A DNA stretch of 64,000 bases from Diplonema japonicum (taxonomy: Eukaryota; Protista; Euglenozoa: Diplonemea), in NCBI GenBank assembly GCA_964019335.1, contig OZ025696.1, positions 1 to 64,000 of the forward strand, given 5' to 3'. Below are positions 20,482 through 32,778 of this stretch, one piece after another; within the stretch, counting starts at the first letter, position 1; each line of letters starts with the position of its first letter. Under the pieces are notes generated by a model. It saw only the letters and a list, made by a program, of their open reading frames with translations. It did not search any database and was not told where the DNA came from. The translations under genes and the position numbers were made by a program.

Positions 20482-23400
20482 CTACAAACAATCTTCCACA
20501 TGGTCTACTACTAATTCTCTGAACTGTTCACTTGATGTGATGACACGCATGCGCACGAACATTATGGGGAACTTTGTTCTTGCATTGTTCTCTATGTTTT
20601 TCACTTCACTAGTAGTTGGGACAGCAACCCCGCCGAGGGAGCACCTAGCGTACTGCAAAACAATGCGCAGCCCATCACCCCACTCGTCGTAGATCTCGCG
20701 CAGCTGGTTGATGAAAAGAGACAGCCTTTCCAGATAAGATAATCCAGCGACCCTATCCTCTTCATCTGACAACCCCTTTTGCCAAATAGTGTCAATAAGC
20801 AAAATGAGCACAGGCACAACCAAAGGGTTCATCACATGATCTGGGAGGCTGTCGATGGCCTCCTGTAAAGGGTGCTCCAGGGACGAGTCACAGCTGGCCA
20901 CTGAATGTGACATGAACGTGATGACGCTGTCAGTGGACTCAGACCACTCAGGTTGTTTGATAAGACATAGTAGATCGTCAGTACTCGTGACCACCTGCGG
21001 GGCGTTAGGGTCAGCCCCGTTTGAGAATGTCAGTTTCACAACCCTGCCAAGTAGCATGGCGGTCATGAAGAAAGACTTGTCCCTCGTCTTTCTGCTGAGA
21101 TGCATGGCAGCATCTGCATACGACGCCGAGCAACCGCTCTTCCCGTCTAGGAATGCAAACACCACTCGCAACAGCAACATCATGCAGTCCGCCCTGTACG
21201 TACCTCGCGCGTCCGTGCTGATTATCTTCGGCGTGAACCTCTTGGTGTACATGTGGCCTTTCACAGCAAGCATCGCTAGCAGCGTCGATATGCTGACTTT
21301 GTTGTAAACGTCAACTTTTGTCCATGCAATCGCCGCGTGGCTGTGATTCCCCAGCAGGATGAGCTTGAAGGCAAGCGCAGCGTTGTATATACTGATGAGA
21401 GCAAGCGAGTTGCATTCCTCACGCCTTTTGCTTGCGGCCATTGCACCCACTGCTCCAATGTACAGATCTCTGTTGTTGATCAACACTGCTAGGTCAAGGA
21501 CAGGCAGGAATTCCTTGAGGGGCATGCTTTGCACTTTTGAGTACTTGTGACTCAATGCCCATGTCAGCCACGGAAGTGACCGCTCGTTGGTTCCCAGCTG
21601 CTGAAGCTCGCTAACAGACGTCTTGCACCACGACTCGACCAGACCCAAGACGCTTTTCTTCATGCCAAGCACAACGCTGAGATCTAAAAGCATGTGCAGC
21701 CATTCGTCTTGACAAGCTGTTTTTAATTCCGTGTCGTACTTTGTCCCAATTTTGTCATCCTGCTGGCTGCTGTTGTCACTTTCTAGTCGCTTTGCCCTAC
21801 TCAATTTCTGTTGCGACAACATTGGATCTGCCTCATTTTCTAACTCAATAAGTATGTTGAGCAATTTGTGTGCCCCAAAAAAGTCGTGCTCCGTCCATGC
21901 AAAATCAAGCGATCGCTCATACCACTCTTTCGCCTTTGAGTGCATGTCGGCCTGATGAAAGTGATTCGCTATAATGGTGTCGTCAAAGTGGAGCGTTTCA
22001 CGTAACCGCTCCATCACATTGGCGATGTGCATGTGTGCCTCTTTCTTCTCTGAGACGAGCATGTTGTTCTGCAGCACCTTCGGGAGGAGCATCGATGAAA
22101 AGCACAACTTCTGTCGTTCAGTCACTTTCAGTATTTTGCTTCCGATAAGCTGAGCGCACATCCTCTGTGATTTATCTGGTGTCATATCATTTTCAAAGAG
22201 CTCCGTAACAAGCCGGCTATCAATGAGGTGCTCCATCAAGCTGAGAACCTTTAAGAATCTGCTGGCGGATTCTCCCAGCTTATGCATGATGTGGTCTAGC
22301 TGTCTCGTCACAATGGATATGATCTGTGGCAGCTGCGCAAGGTAGCCGCCTATATTGTAGTTCTTGTCTACAAGCACCGTGACGCCAGCACTGTTTCCCA
22401 AGAGATCCTGCTCGATCAGGTGGTTGATGATGATTTCAGCTAGCAACGGGCTGCCCTCGCTGTTTGTGTAGATCACATCGCTGAGGTCCGCGTCTACCTT
22501 TCCTGTTTGAATGTAGTGTCTGTAGTGCAGAACAGCATCTGCCCTGGTCATGGGACCCAATTCAAGAACCTCACACTGCTGAGAGTCGAACCACTGCTGT
22601 ATTTTGCACCCATGCCCTACGCCGCCTGACAAGTCAGAGCACACGGTAGTCTGCGCGTCTGCAAACCCCGTGGTGTAGCTGCAAATAATCATGATCTTAT
22701 GAGAGATTCTCTTTATACTCTCCTGAATCAGGTTAAGTGATGTCCAGTCCAACCACTGAATGCCATCGATCACGATCGCCATCCCCTTAATGCCGAGATT
22801 CTTGCAATGGCTCTTGAGTGCAGCTTCTATAAGTAACACTACATCTTCTGTAGATTCTGGCTTGAGGCCAAGACCGCTCTGCAGATTGGTAACGAGGTAT
22901 TGAAGATTCGGAGGCGCAACTGTCTGCAGCCATCCAGCGGGGCACACCTCGCCTTGCTTTGTAGAGCAGTCGTCCTTCCTTGGAGAGCGGGAACTGTATT
23001 TAAAAGAGAGAGAAGTAAGTAGCGTCTCAATGCCGCCGTAAACACGCGTCTCTTGACTGAACGTGATGAACACAGATGGATGCTTAAAGTTATGTACGCA
23101 GTAAAGCAAAAAGGTTGTTTTGCCTACACCAGGATTTCCCTTTAGAACAAGGACTTTGAATGTACTTGACTTGTGCATCGAACACAAGCTCTCGTCAAGC
23201 TTCGCTATCTCCGACGAGCGGCCCACCAGTGAGTCAAGTTGCTTGGATCCCGTTCGCACGAGCTTGACTGTTTCCCCACCGATTGTCGAGCGTTTTCTGT
23301 TGCCGTTTTTGAACCACAGCTCGTTAGTGGCGGCGACGGTGCGCAAGTTCTTCGACATCGGGGCTAAGTTCTGAAACGGCCGCTCGGTATCTACGGTCAG

Positions 23401-24897
23401 CAATGAGGAGTTACCACCGTTGCTAGGGCCGGGTTCACCAACCGCATCAGCACCATCAACATCATGCCCACCGCTCCTGCGCACAAAGCTGCGCGGCGAA
23501 CTGGAATTAATGTCAGAAGGCACCAAGCACGTCGTATCGCAGATACCAATGTTCACCGGGTCACCTATGCCCTTCAAGCTCACGGTAGTCGTTTTAAAAC
23601 TGTAAACATTCTTGAGCTCGCGCATCATGACATCGTCCAGCACGAGGCTCGACTCACTCTGCGAGGAAGCCCCATATGTCATAAGCCGGGCAGCAAGGTT
23701 GACGGAGTCGCCAAGCAACGTGTACTCCGCCCTGGTGTTGTTCCCCAGAACACCGCAGAACACCCTACCGCTGGTGATCCCGATGCTTATCTTAAACGCA
23801 GGCTGGTTTCGTATTAGCTCTAAAGCAAGTGAAGCGCTCCTCGTAGCATCATCCGAGTGCACATGACCAGTGACGCCAAAGCAAATGAGCGCCAGAAGGC
23901 CCTTGTCATCGAAGAGCACCTTGTTCAGGCTCCCGTTGTGCTGAGAGGTGCACGTTTGCACAGCGTTGCAGATAGTGAACAGGTCGTTCACACTGTCGGA
24001 GGTAGGGGTCGGCAGATCGCAGAATTTCACGAACATCGTGTTGATCATGCGTGTCTCGGGTCTAAGCCTTTTGATCCCACGTGGTATGAAGCCGCGATAG
24101 AGGACCTGCTGCCTCTTCGACAACGCTACGGATCTCTTCTTTTCCGAGCTGATCGGGGCCACAAGATCGAAGGGTGGGCTCAGAAGAAGCGATCCATCGC
24201 CGTTCTTTGTACCGCCGTATGTGTTGGACACGTAGGGAAGGCAAGAGGAGTGGACCAACGCGTGATGCGCGGGGCAACCATCGCAGGCGGTGCAAGAATG
24301 ATTCCACACCTCGCCGCTGTGAAGCACCATCCACCTGTTCTTGTACCCACCCGTGACTACGTGCAATATCGTGCCGCAGGAGATGCCGAGCTTAATACCA
24401 AGATCGATGGTATGGCTCATGAATTGAACAACTGAGTTCTCGACACTCTTCAAAATGGCTATTGCGCAGTCGACGCAAAGCTGCGAGTTCTTCTCCAACG
24501 AAGAAGCGTCGCTGGTGGCCTGCGTGAAGATCGCCATGATGGCATCGCCCGAGAACTGTATGGTGTCCCCGCCGTACCCCTCGATCACGGCTATCATCTT
24601 GCCGAAGAAAATGTTCAGGATGTTCGAGATGTTCTCCCCTCCCTCTGCCGTGCTTGACGACCCCAGAAGCCCTGTCAGCCTTGTGAACCCCACAATGTCC
24701 AAGGACAAGACGGCCCCTTCCCTCTCAAACCTTTGCTGTGACAGAGCCTCCACATCAGCAAGGTACGGAAGTACCCATTTCGGTGTAAAGTTATGGTATT
24801 CTGCGCCCAGCGGTGACTCCTCCTTGCTTGACGCGTCGAAGACAAAATCCGAGCTGGTGCTCCGTGCGATCAGCTGCTGAATTGCCCTGCCGCTCAT
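20482..24897 (-). CDS. Soluble adenylyl cyclase (ADCY10-like): tandem cyclase domains + P-loop/STAND NTPase + helical tail
   Basis: LDIVGFT, FSGDA, FDDKG and GDSVNLAARLM motifs; Walker A GNPGVGKT; Walker B IVIDG. Confidence 0.88.
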   Translation of the reverse strand: MSGRAIQQLIARSTSSDFVFDASSKEESPLGAEYHNFTPKWVLPYLADVEALSQQRFEREGAVLSLDIVGFTRLTGLLGSSSTAEGGENISNILNIFFGKMIAVIEGYGGDTIQFSGDAIMAIFTQATSDASSLEKNSQLCVDCAIAILKSVENSVVQFMSHTIDLGIKLGISCGTILHVVTGGYKNRWMVLHSGEVWNHSCTACDGCPAHHALVHSSCLPYVSNTYGGTKNGDGSLLLSPPFDLVAPISSEKKRSVALSKRQQVLYRGFIPRGIKRLRPETRMINTMFVKFCDLPTPTSDSVNDLFTICNAVQTCTSQHNGSLNKVLFDDKGLLALICFGVTGHVHSDDATRSASLALELIRNQPAFKISIGITSGRVFCGVLGNNTRAEYTLLGDSVNLAARLMTYGASSQSESSLVLDDVMMRELKNVYSFKTTTVSLKGIGDPVNIGICDTTCLVPSDINSSSPRSFVRRSGGHDVDGADAVGEPGPSNGGNSSLLTVDTERPFQNLAPMSKNLRTVAATNELWFKNGNRKRSTIGGETVKLVRTGSKQLDSLVGRSSEIAKLDESLCSMHKSSTFKVLVLKGNPGVGKTTFLLYCVHNFKHPSVFITFSQETRVYGGIETLLTSLSFKYSSRSPRKDDCSTKQGEVCPAGWLQTVAPPNLQYLVTNLQSGLGLKPESTEDVVLLIEAALKSHCKNLGIKGMAIVIDGIQWLDWTSLNLIQESIKRISHKIMIICSYTTGFADAQTTVCSDLSGGVGHGCKIQQWFDSQQCEVLELGPMTRADAVLHYRHYIQTGKVDADLSDVIYTNSEGSPLLAEIIINHLIEQDLLGNSAGVTVLVDKNYNIGGYLAQLPQIISIVTRQLDHIMHKLGESASRFLKVLSLMEHLIDSRLVTELFENDMTPDKSQRMCAQLIGSKILKVTERQKLCFSSMLLPKVLQNNMLVSEKKEAHMHIANVMERLRETLHFDDTIIANHFHQADMHSKAKEWYERSLDFAWTEHDFFGAHKLLNILIELENEADPMLSQQKLSRAKRLESDNSSQQDDKIGTKYDTELKTACQDEWLHMLLDLSVVLGMKKSVLGLVESWCKTSVSELQQLGTNERSLPWLTWALSHKYSKVQSMPLKEFLPVLDLAVLINNRDLYIGAVGAMAASKRREECNSLALISIYNAALAFKLILLGNHSHAAIAWTKVDVYNKVSISTLLAMLAVKGHMYTKRFTPKIISTDARGTYRADCMMLLLRVVFAFLDGKSGCSASYADAAMHLSRKTRDKSFFMTAMLLGRVVKLTFSNGADPNAPQVVTSTDDLLCLIKQPEWSESTDSVITFMSHSVASCDSSLEHPLQEAIDSLPDHVMNPLVVPVLILLIDTIWQKGLSDEEDRVAGLSYLERLSLFINQLREIYDEWGDGLRIVLQYARCSLGGVAVPTTSEVKNIENNARTKFPIMFVRMRVITSSEQFRELVVDHVEDCL

Positions 24898-25367
24898 TGT
24901 TGCTTACCAATTCAAAATAGGAGAGGGGGAAAAAACAAAATTAAGAACTGTGATAGGGTTCGTTCAAATGCGTCGAAGTTCATTTCACTAAATAATCTTT
25001 CAAGAGAAGGGAGGAAAAAAAAAAGGTCAGACGAATTCCGGAAAACTCTTTTCTTGGACATTTTCTAGTGCAACCCCTGCCTGCTGGCACGCTGATAAAA
25101 ATGGCGACTTGAGCGTAAAGCCTTGCGATGGCTTCACAAACCGAATGCAGCCACGAAGAATGTGCAAAAGAAGAAAAGATATAAAAGAATACTATACCAA
25201 GAGGAAAAGAAATGAATGAAGAAACAAGAAAGAAAAAAAAAAGAAGCAACCTACCTAGTCAACTATTGGCAATGAATGGCCTTTTCTCACGAAGTGAGTT
25301 CTCTGCAGATCTACCAAAGAAAAGTGAAAAAATCAGGTGGTGGTATGCCATAAAGACAAGAACCATA

Positions 25368-25405
<38 letters not shown>

Positions 25406-25408
<3 letters not shown>

Positions 25409-25448
25409 AGACATTTAAGGGCACCTGCGGTATGTGACAGGACGCCTG
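25406..25448. repeat. ~42-bp dispersed repeat after a long A run, copy 1
   Basis: GAGACATTTAAGGGYACCTGCGGTATGTGRCAGGACGCCTG, also at ~59814-59854. Confidence 0.8.
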
Positions 25449-28007
25449 CAAAAAAAACTACATATGTGAATGGCGGGCTTCTGTAAGCCAGAACCTAGCC
25501 CACATTCCGTTTGCGCATGAGCGTTATATGCTACTAACTTCTAGTCAGAAAAATATAATTCACAATGTGGCGAGCCTACCTCATGACGCTGCTACCAACC
25601 GTACTACAGCCTAGCTGCAAATAAAAAAAAGATTATTGTTCTTCCCCACGCCATCACCTTCTGGTAGAATAAAAGACCCCCGAGGACAAAGCTGCGAGGT
25701 TCAATTGATCGTGCTAGGCATTCTTGAGGAGAAGAAGGTCACAGTTGCCTTTCACGTTGACTCGTGTAACGAGAAGTGCCGTCACGCACCTGAGGCCTAG
25801 GCCCGAACCTTGGCCCAAAAAAAAAAGAAAAAAAGAAAGAAAGGAAATCGGGAATGGCAGGAAATGTAAATTCAGCAAGCCTCTTTACCCACGGGCAGAG
25901 GTATGGCTACAGAAAGCGAGAGAAAAAAAAAGAAAAAAAGAAAGGAAAAAAAACTTTGCTCTTGCGCAACGAGTACAATGAGTAGAACCCCGGGTGAACG
26001 AGTTTGTTGTAACGCATATCTCTGCCCAAAAGAAAATTAAAAGCTCGCGCTTACTAGCTACCTCGTAGGCACCAGCCCAATGCGACAAAAAAAAAAAGAA
26101 AAAACATGGCATACACCATATGGCATTCTTTCGGCTCGAAGGTTCTGTAGCATTTAACATCTACTTGGACACCCGCAGCAGATCTGACGAATAACTGACC
26201 GTATGTATGTATACTTGTCTATAGAAAAAAAAGAAGAAAAAAAAAGAAAGTTGCGTAAATGAAATTTAAAAAAAAAGGGGGGTGAAGTACAGGATCATCC
26301 CATACTGTAGCCAGAAAAAAAAAAGCCCTCCCCTCTACAAAGAAAAGGTCACAACCTTGCACCCCCAGGTTTCGACAAATTACAAAAGGTGACCAACCTT
26401 TTTGAAAATTCATTTCAGCAAGTACAATTTCTTCAGATTTCAGAAATAGACGGAGATCCGGAAGCTAACTGTGAAGAGGGGGCTGCCTTTGGCAGCTTGC
26501 CCAGCCGTTTCTTGGGAGGAGGCAGGTGATTCTTTTTTTTTTTTACCGCGTGGAAGGGTGGGGTGAAGTTACACTTTATTGAAAATGAGGGAATGCAAAG
26601 GAATCTGGGGTCACTTTGCACATTCTAAGTACTTTATTCAAATTAAAAAAGAAATTCACTATGATAGGAACGTAGTGGTTAACGGCCCACAAAAAAAAGA
26701 AATAGTTGGGATGTGCAACAGCCTTACGGTTGGTCGCTTGATGGTTCTGCCACTCAAATGGCCGAAATGACTGACCCATATCGCGAAAGAGTCGAATAAG
26801 GAAAGAGTCGGCTGATTTTGTTGAAAACCGAAGAAAGAAAAGAAAAACTCCCCCCCCCCCCCCATGGTTCCACCAACGTGAGATAAACCAAAGTTTACAT
26901 ATATTATTCTTTTTTTTTTAATTCTTTTTTTTACTAATTTCCTTGTATCATATTCTCGACGATAGCAGGTGGAAAGGACGGAAGAAAACCTTTTTAAAAA
27001 ACTGGAGGGAAAGAATTCACTTATTTACGGGAAGGGGAGGAGGAGGAGGGGAGGAGGGAAAAAAAAAACCAGATACTACAAACCTCTGAAAAAAGAAGGA
27101 ATCTGTGGCGAACCACAGCAGAACTGTTTGCGTAGTCCCCTAGAATACTTTCTTTCTAATTGAAGAGGTTTACAGAACGAGTGCGTTCTCGCACCACCCC
27201 GCCTGTGGGCGTGTGGACTCGGCTCGAGAAGAAAGGAAGGGAAAAAAAGAAAAAGGGAAAAGAAAATTAGCCCGCGAAGCAGCGGCACCCCCACCCACAC
27301 TGCTTTACTTTTAATTGCACCAGGCAAAGAAGAAAGTAGAACAAAAGAGGGGAGTACATACCCGCTCGCCTTTTCGGCTTCACATTCTCATCCTTCTTCC
27401 AAGAGTCGTCGAGAATGGAAGTGCGACCTTGACAAGAAGAAGAAAAAGAAAATATCAAAATTACACTAATCGGTCACTGCTTCGTGATTGCTGACTGTCC
27501 GTGCGAAAAAGCTTGGTTACGAGCCCAGTGATCAACTTACCAGTATTTTCGCACAGAAGGCAATTCAAGACAGAGGAAGGGGAGGGGGGAGGGGCTTTTC
27601 GAGAGAAGAAAAAAGAAGAATTCACCTCCCTCTCTACAACAGGTTTCTAAAGGCTCTCAAACAAAAAGAAGAAGAAGAAAAAAAACATAGCAAGAGTTGA
27701 AAGAAATATTCACACTCTTTTATGACTTCGTCGAAAAAGTCGCGCTTTGCTGACTTCCCCTTAAGTCGCGTATCCTCTTTTTTGCCACATTCTTGATAAC
27801 TCGAAATAATAGCACAAAAGTAGCCGGGTCAGCCGAGAATAGGTAGTTCTACCCGCCTATTGGCGGGAGGGAGGGAGTGATAATATATTGGAAAACATTC
27901 TCTTGAGAAAGGGAAGAACATGACCGAAACAAAACTTAAAGCCTCTTTCATATTCTGCTCTTATTTCCATTATTCATTCTTTTTCTTTTTCTTTCCCCCT
28001 TTTCTAA

Positions 28008-30231
28008 TCAAGAAAACGGCTCAGTGTTCTTATTCCTGTCGTTGTGGGGGATGGTGGTGAAGTTCACCGTGTCTCCTGCCCCGTGCGGGGCGCTCTGGAA
28101 GTTCGCCGTGAATCTATTTTTTTTTTTTAATTTACTTTTTTTTTTTTCCTTTTTCAAATACCTAACACTGTCCTCAGGTGCATCGTGCGGTGAAAACTGC
28201 CCGCTAAATCTGTGTTGGAAATCTTAAAAAGTCACATCTAAACACATACGAAGGCTGCCCATCGGTGGCTGTGTTTAAGCTTTTTGATGTCCGCATTGTG
28301 CCAGTGGTCGTCGTCGGGAAAGAGGGGTTCACCGCAGTCTGCAAGGAGTTCGTTGGGTCAGTGCTGCCTCGTGCTGTGGCGGAGGCAGAGGGAGCAGCAG
28401 GCTGCCCTAAGTTGGATACGCTGGGTGAGAATGCCTTTCGTTTTATAAGCTCGTCCACGTTGCTATCCACCGATGGCACACTCTCATCTTCCGATAGCTC
28501 AGACTCCACATGCAGCCCCCTCCGAAGGAAGGCGTGCCCCAACATCAAATCGCACGATGGCCTCAACGTGGGATCCCTCTGCAGGCACTGCGAAACAAAG
28601 TCCTTACAATCATAAGACATCCATCCAGGGATGTCAGGGGTCGCGTCAGCCTTTCCAATATGATAGATCGCTGCCCAGTGGGTTTCGAATACGGGCCAAG
28701 GCGGCCTACCTTCGTCGAGGATTTCGACTGCGGTGCATCCAATAGACCATATATCTACCTTCGCAGAGTGCTCGGCTGTCCCTGCATTCGTGATCACCTC
28801 TGGCGCCATCCAGTTCGGTGTACCTGTCACCGTCTTGGCGACCGTTCTATCCAATGTGCCACCTAGCTGTTTGGCACTCCCGAAGTCAGATATCTTACAC
28901 ACACCCTCGTTGGTATCCACCAGAACGTTGTCTCCTTTGATGTCACGGTGGATGATACCTTTGGTGTGCAGGTACCCAATCCCGCTCACAATCTGTCTTA
29001 AGTAAACTGATGCCTGTTCTTCAGAAAGACGAGACCCCATGGAGCGCACCAGCTTCCCCAGCGAGCCGCCAGGGACGAACTCCATGAACAGTGTCATCAA
29101 GGCTTCTTTGCGGTTGTACGAGGCGTAGTAGTACTTCACGATGTTGGGGTGCTCTAGGTCCCGCATTGTTGTGATCTCTTTGACGTAGCTTTGCATCTCG
29201 AACTCCTTTACGTTCGATGTGTCGATCTGCTTGGCGGCGAGGCTCTTCCCTGTCGACAGCAGTACCAGGTACACACTTCCGAACTGTCCTCTTCCTAATA
29301 GCCTTCCCTTGCTCCAAGAGCCGTTCACAAGCGCAGACACGATGACAGGGGTTGCGTCTTTGCATGGAGGGGCAAGGGCTTTGTCCTCGTTGGCCCTTTT
29401 GTTTTTGAGCCAACGCAGTGCAACGAACACGAAAATCACGAAGCACGCTACGAAAGAACCGACGATGATGAGCGCGATAACAGCGGGCTGCAGAGAGTCG
29501 TCAGAACTGTCGAGGATACCACTGCAGAGGGGCAACAGGTTCTGACAGTCGAGATTCCCTTCAGGGCATTCGGCCCTGCACATAGACGTGAACGGCAGCG
29601 TTACGTTGCAGTCCCTCACAGTTTTTGATTGCCTGCAGTTAAAATTGTTCGCGCAGTCCATGTTGTGCTGCATGCACTCGTGCGTGCAACGTTCCTGCCC
29701 ATTGTCGTTGAAGCATTCAGCCTTGCTTTCCAGACATTCTTGAAGATTCTTGTGGCCTGTTGTGGCATTCGGAAAGGTATGGCAAGATCCAGCATCAGGA
29801 CAGTATAACTGCAACTCTTGCTTGCGAATCGCACGGAGGAAGGCTGAAGGACCGGTGAACTGCGCCAATGCATTCTCAACACCAACAGCACGACACTCAT
29901 CTACAATCTTGTGCAGGCACTCGCCGTATTCACAGAACTCCTTCGTGCTTCCAGTAACAAGGAAGTTCTCCTTATTCGGGAGGGTGATGTGGCGGTTTGT
30001 GAGTTCCCAGTTTAGCTCATCGAAGCAGTAGCAGTCCGTCGTGCGGTTGGCAGGGCAACACTCGCTCTCACAGTACTTCAGTCTCTCTTGCAACAACTTC
30101 CCCACTGACCTGTCTGTGCAGGCACCCGCGGTATCTAAAGGTTGGTCCTCAGCGTCATCCAAAACCGGCTGACAGCTTGCGCATACAGCCAACAACACCA
30201 CCACCACACTCCGTGATGCCGTCATCGACAT
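28008..30231 (-). CDS. Receptor-like STE11/MEKK (MAP3K) kinase; exons 30231-28250, 28209-28162, 28113-28008
   Basis: Signal peptide, Cys-rich ectodomain, TM helix; WSKGRLLGRGQFGSV, HRDIKGDN, DFG, GTPNWMAPE. Two 3' introns restore the frame to a TGA at 28008-28010. Confidence 0.9.
28114..28161 (-). other. 48-nt A-rich intron (GTATTT...ATAG)
   Basis: AT-rich gap between GC-rich exons; frame preserved on splicing. Confidence 0.7.
28210..28249 (-). other. 40-nt intron (GTATGT...ACAG)
   Basis: Splicing gives QPS|FSGQFSPHDAPEDSV. Confidence 0.75.
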
Positions 30232-30601
30232 ACCCTTCTTTTTTTATTTATTTCTACTGTCTGACATAGGAGTTCGGCATTCACTAAACCAAAAGAAAAA
30301 TGAGTAAAGATGAAAGAATGAATGAGTAAACACAAGAATGAGGGAAGGAAGAAAGGATGGGAATACATATCTTTTTCCTTTTTTTTTTTTGAAAAAAGAT
30401 TGGAAAAAAAAGGGTGGGGGGGGGGGGGGGACAGGATGGAGTATATAAAAAATATATAAAAAAAAAGATTCTACTTACAAGGGATATTGGAAAAAAAAAA
30501 AATGAAACCTACAAAAAAAAAAAAGAAAATCCTCAAAAAACTCTAAGGCCAACCCATGGGCTTAGCCAATGGATGCACATTGGGCGGCCAATGCCAATCG
30601 T

Positions 30602-31351
30602 TTAAGGCATTTCAATGCTCTTCCGTCTGTCGGGGCGGGCCTTGGATGACGAGGTACGAGTTGTCTTCCCTCTTCGCTTTGTAGAGGGACGCGCTTGTGC
30701 GTCTGCTCCTTTATGTGACTGTTGGTAGATCCAGTGGTTGTGCACGGCATAGACAGCTTTGGGGTATTCGGCACCGAGCTCAAGCCAAGCACCAAACGTA
30801 ATGTACCCTAGGTTATGAGGGTCGGCTAAGGAAAAGATCTTCTTGATCATGCTTGGCTTAGGGTTGGGGAAGGCTTCGGTCATGGTTTCTCTAGTAATGT
30901 TTGCGGTCTTTCTGGTGTCGAACTTGAAGAACAAAGCAGGGATTAGTTGTGACTCAGGGCCTTTGAAGCCGTACAACTCTACAAGCCGCCAGGATATCGT
31001 GCTTCTTGGAGGAGGAAGCGGTGAACAGGTGTCAAGCACACCAAGCTGATGGGCATGTATCTGCACCCCGTCCTCCATCTCTGCCAATAGCTCATCGTTG
31101 ACCCTCCTCCCACTGTAGTACACCCACTTCCCGCCCCGACTCTTCTCCTTTTCCATCAATGCTAAATACGAAACGTGGAAGTTCAAGTCACCACCAGTCA
31201 CGCCCTTCGGTTTCCACTTGTCAGCCTCGTACTCAAATGCGCTCTCCACTAGCTCCACAAGCGTTTTGCAATCAGGCTTCTTTGGTGCCTCCACGGATAA
31301 GTTCCACTTGCTGCCATATACATCTGCAGCGCAAAACACAGTGAACACCAT
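30602..31351 (-). CDS. BILBO1 N-terminal-domain-like protein with EF-hand-like pair
   Basis: FTVFCAADVYGSKWNL...P....L...VESAF resembles the kinetoplastid BILBO1 N-terminus; FDTRKTANITRE and ADPHNLGYITFGAW are EF-like loops. Confidence 0.7.
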   Translation of the reverse strand: MVFTVFCAADVYGSKWNLSVEAPKKPDCKTLVELVESAFEYEADKWKPKGVTGGDLNFHVSYLALMEKEKSRGGKWVYYSGRRVNDELLAEMEDGVQIHAHQLGVLDTCSPLPPPRSTISWRLVELYGFKGPESQLIPALFFKFDTRKTANITRETMTEAFPNPKPSMIKKIFSLADPHNLGYITFGAWLELGAEYPKAVYAVHNHWIYQQSHKGADAQARPSTKRRGKTTRTSSSKARPDRRKSIEMP

Positions 31352-32778
31352 TATTTTATTTTATTTTATTTTATTTTATTTTCTTCTTCTCCCCCCACAC
31401 TCCCTGATTTCATTCTATTTTATTTTTTCGACATTGTACAAATACTAAATCTTAAAAAAAAAGGGGGGGGGGATGGGTAGACAGCTTTTCCGAATAGATA
31501 TTCTTCTGGGAGGGGAGGTTAAAACGTTGCGAAAAAAAGGGGGGGGTGTGGGGGGGGAGGAAAGGTAATGAAAGTAAGAATATCAAACCAACATTATTCA
31601 TTTTTTATCTTTTTTCTTCTTCTGTTTTTGCTTTAACAATATCTTATTGTCTCGTGCCTACAAACTAGTTATGGCAGCGTAAGGAGCTATTTTAGTTTTT
31701 AAATAAAATAACCGCTCGTGCGTATAAATAAATGAAAGCGCCAAACTAGGTCTTTTTAAAAAAAAGAGAGGACGACACGCTTTAATTGTCTTTTTTTGAG
31801 TATTTTCGAGAATCGATCTTTTTTCTGTCAAGCTTAAAAAAATAAGAATGAGTAAGGAGACGGTGTCCTTAACGCGTAGGGATAAAAGAAACAAAAAAGG
31901 ACGAAAAAAAAGAAAAAAGCGCGGATCGAGCTGAAATAGGGGGGAGGGGGGGATTAAGCAGGGTTTTACTTGTAAGAAAAAGCCCTGAAAACAAAATAAT
32001 TATTTACTCATATATAGAAATTACGGGGGTAATTCACATAATACACAACAAACGTGCCAAAGTTCGCTTTTGGTACCCTAAAAAAAAAAACTCAAAAATT
32101 CCATTTAATAACAAGATTGGTTTTTTTGGCCCATCAAGCTAGGCTGTATTTACAGGAAGTTGTTGTATACAGCCCCTAAAGCAAAAAAACCCATTTTTGG
32201 GTATTGAGTGAATTTTCGATCTTCTTTGGGTACCGCAACTACTTGAAATTTATTTTCTATTTTCATTTTTTGGCTTAGGCACCGGGCTACGGGGCCGAAT
32301 AAATATGGTTAATAATCTGAATTGGAACTCTTTCTGTTCCATATTTAAGTACAAATACGGCTATAAGTGAATATTCGACTTTTCCTTCCTTTGGGTAACA
32401 AGTGAATATCAGTACGTTCTGGGCACTACCCCTATCTTAAAAAATAAAAAAAAATAAGAGGCCAGTGTAAGTGGCGCCCTGTTGAAAAAAAAAAACAGAG
32501 AGGGGGGGTGTCCTAAAAAAGTAAAGCTATGGTTTTTCCTTCCTTTTTTTTCATTCTTTTTTTTTTTTTCTTTTTCTTCAAAAAGACTGCACTACACACA
32601 GTCTAACTAACCCCCGGGGAAAATAAAGAAAAGAACGGGAAAAAAAAAAAAAAAAAAAAAAAACCAGAAATAGATCTTATTTAAAAAAGAAAACCGCATA
32701 GAAATATAGGAAGAAAAAGGGGGGGAAAGGAGATTTCTTTTTCTTTTAAATTTTCTTCTTTTTCCTGTCATAATAACC

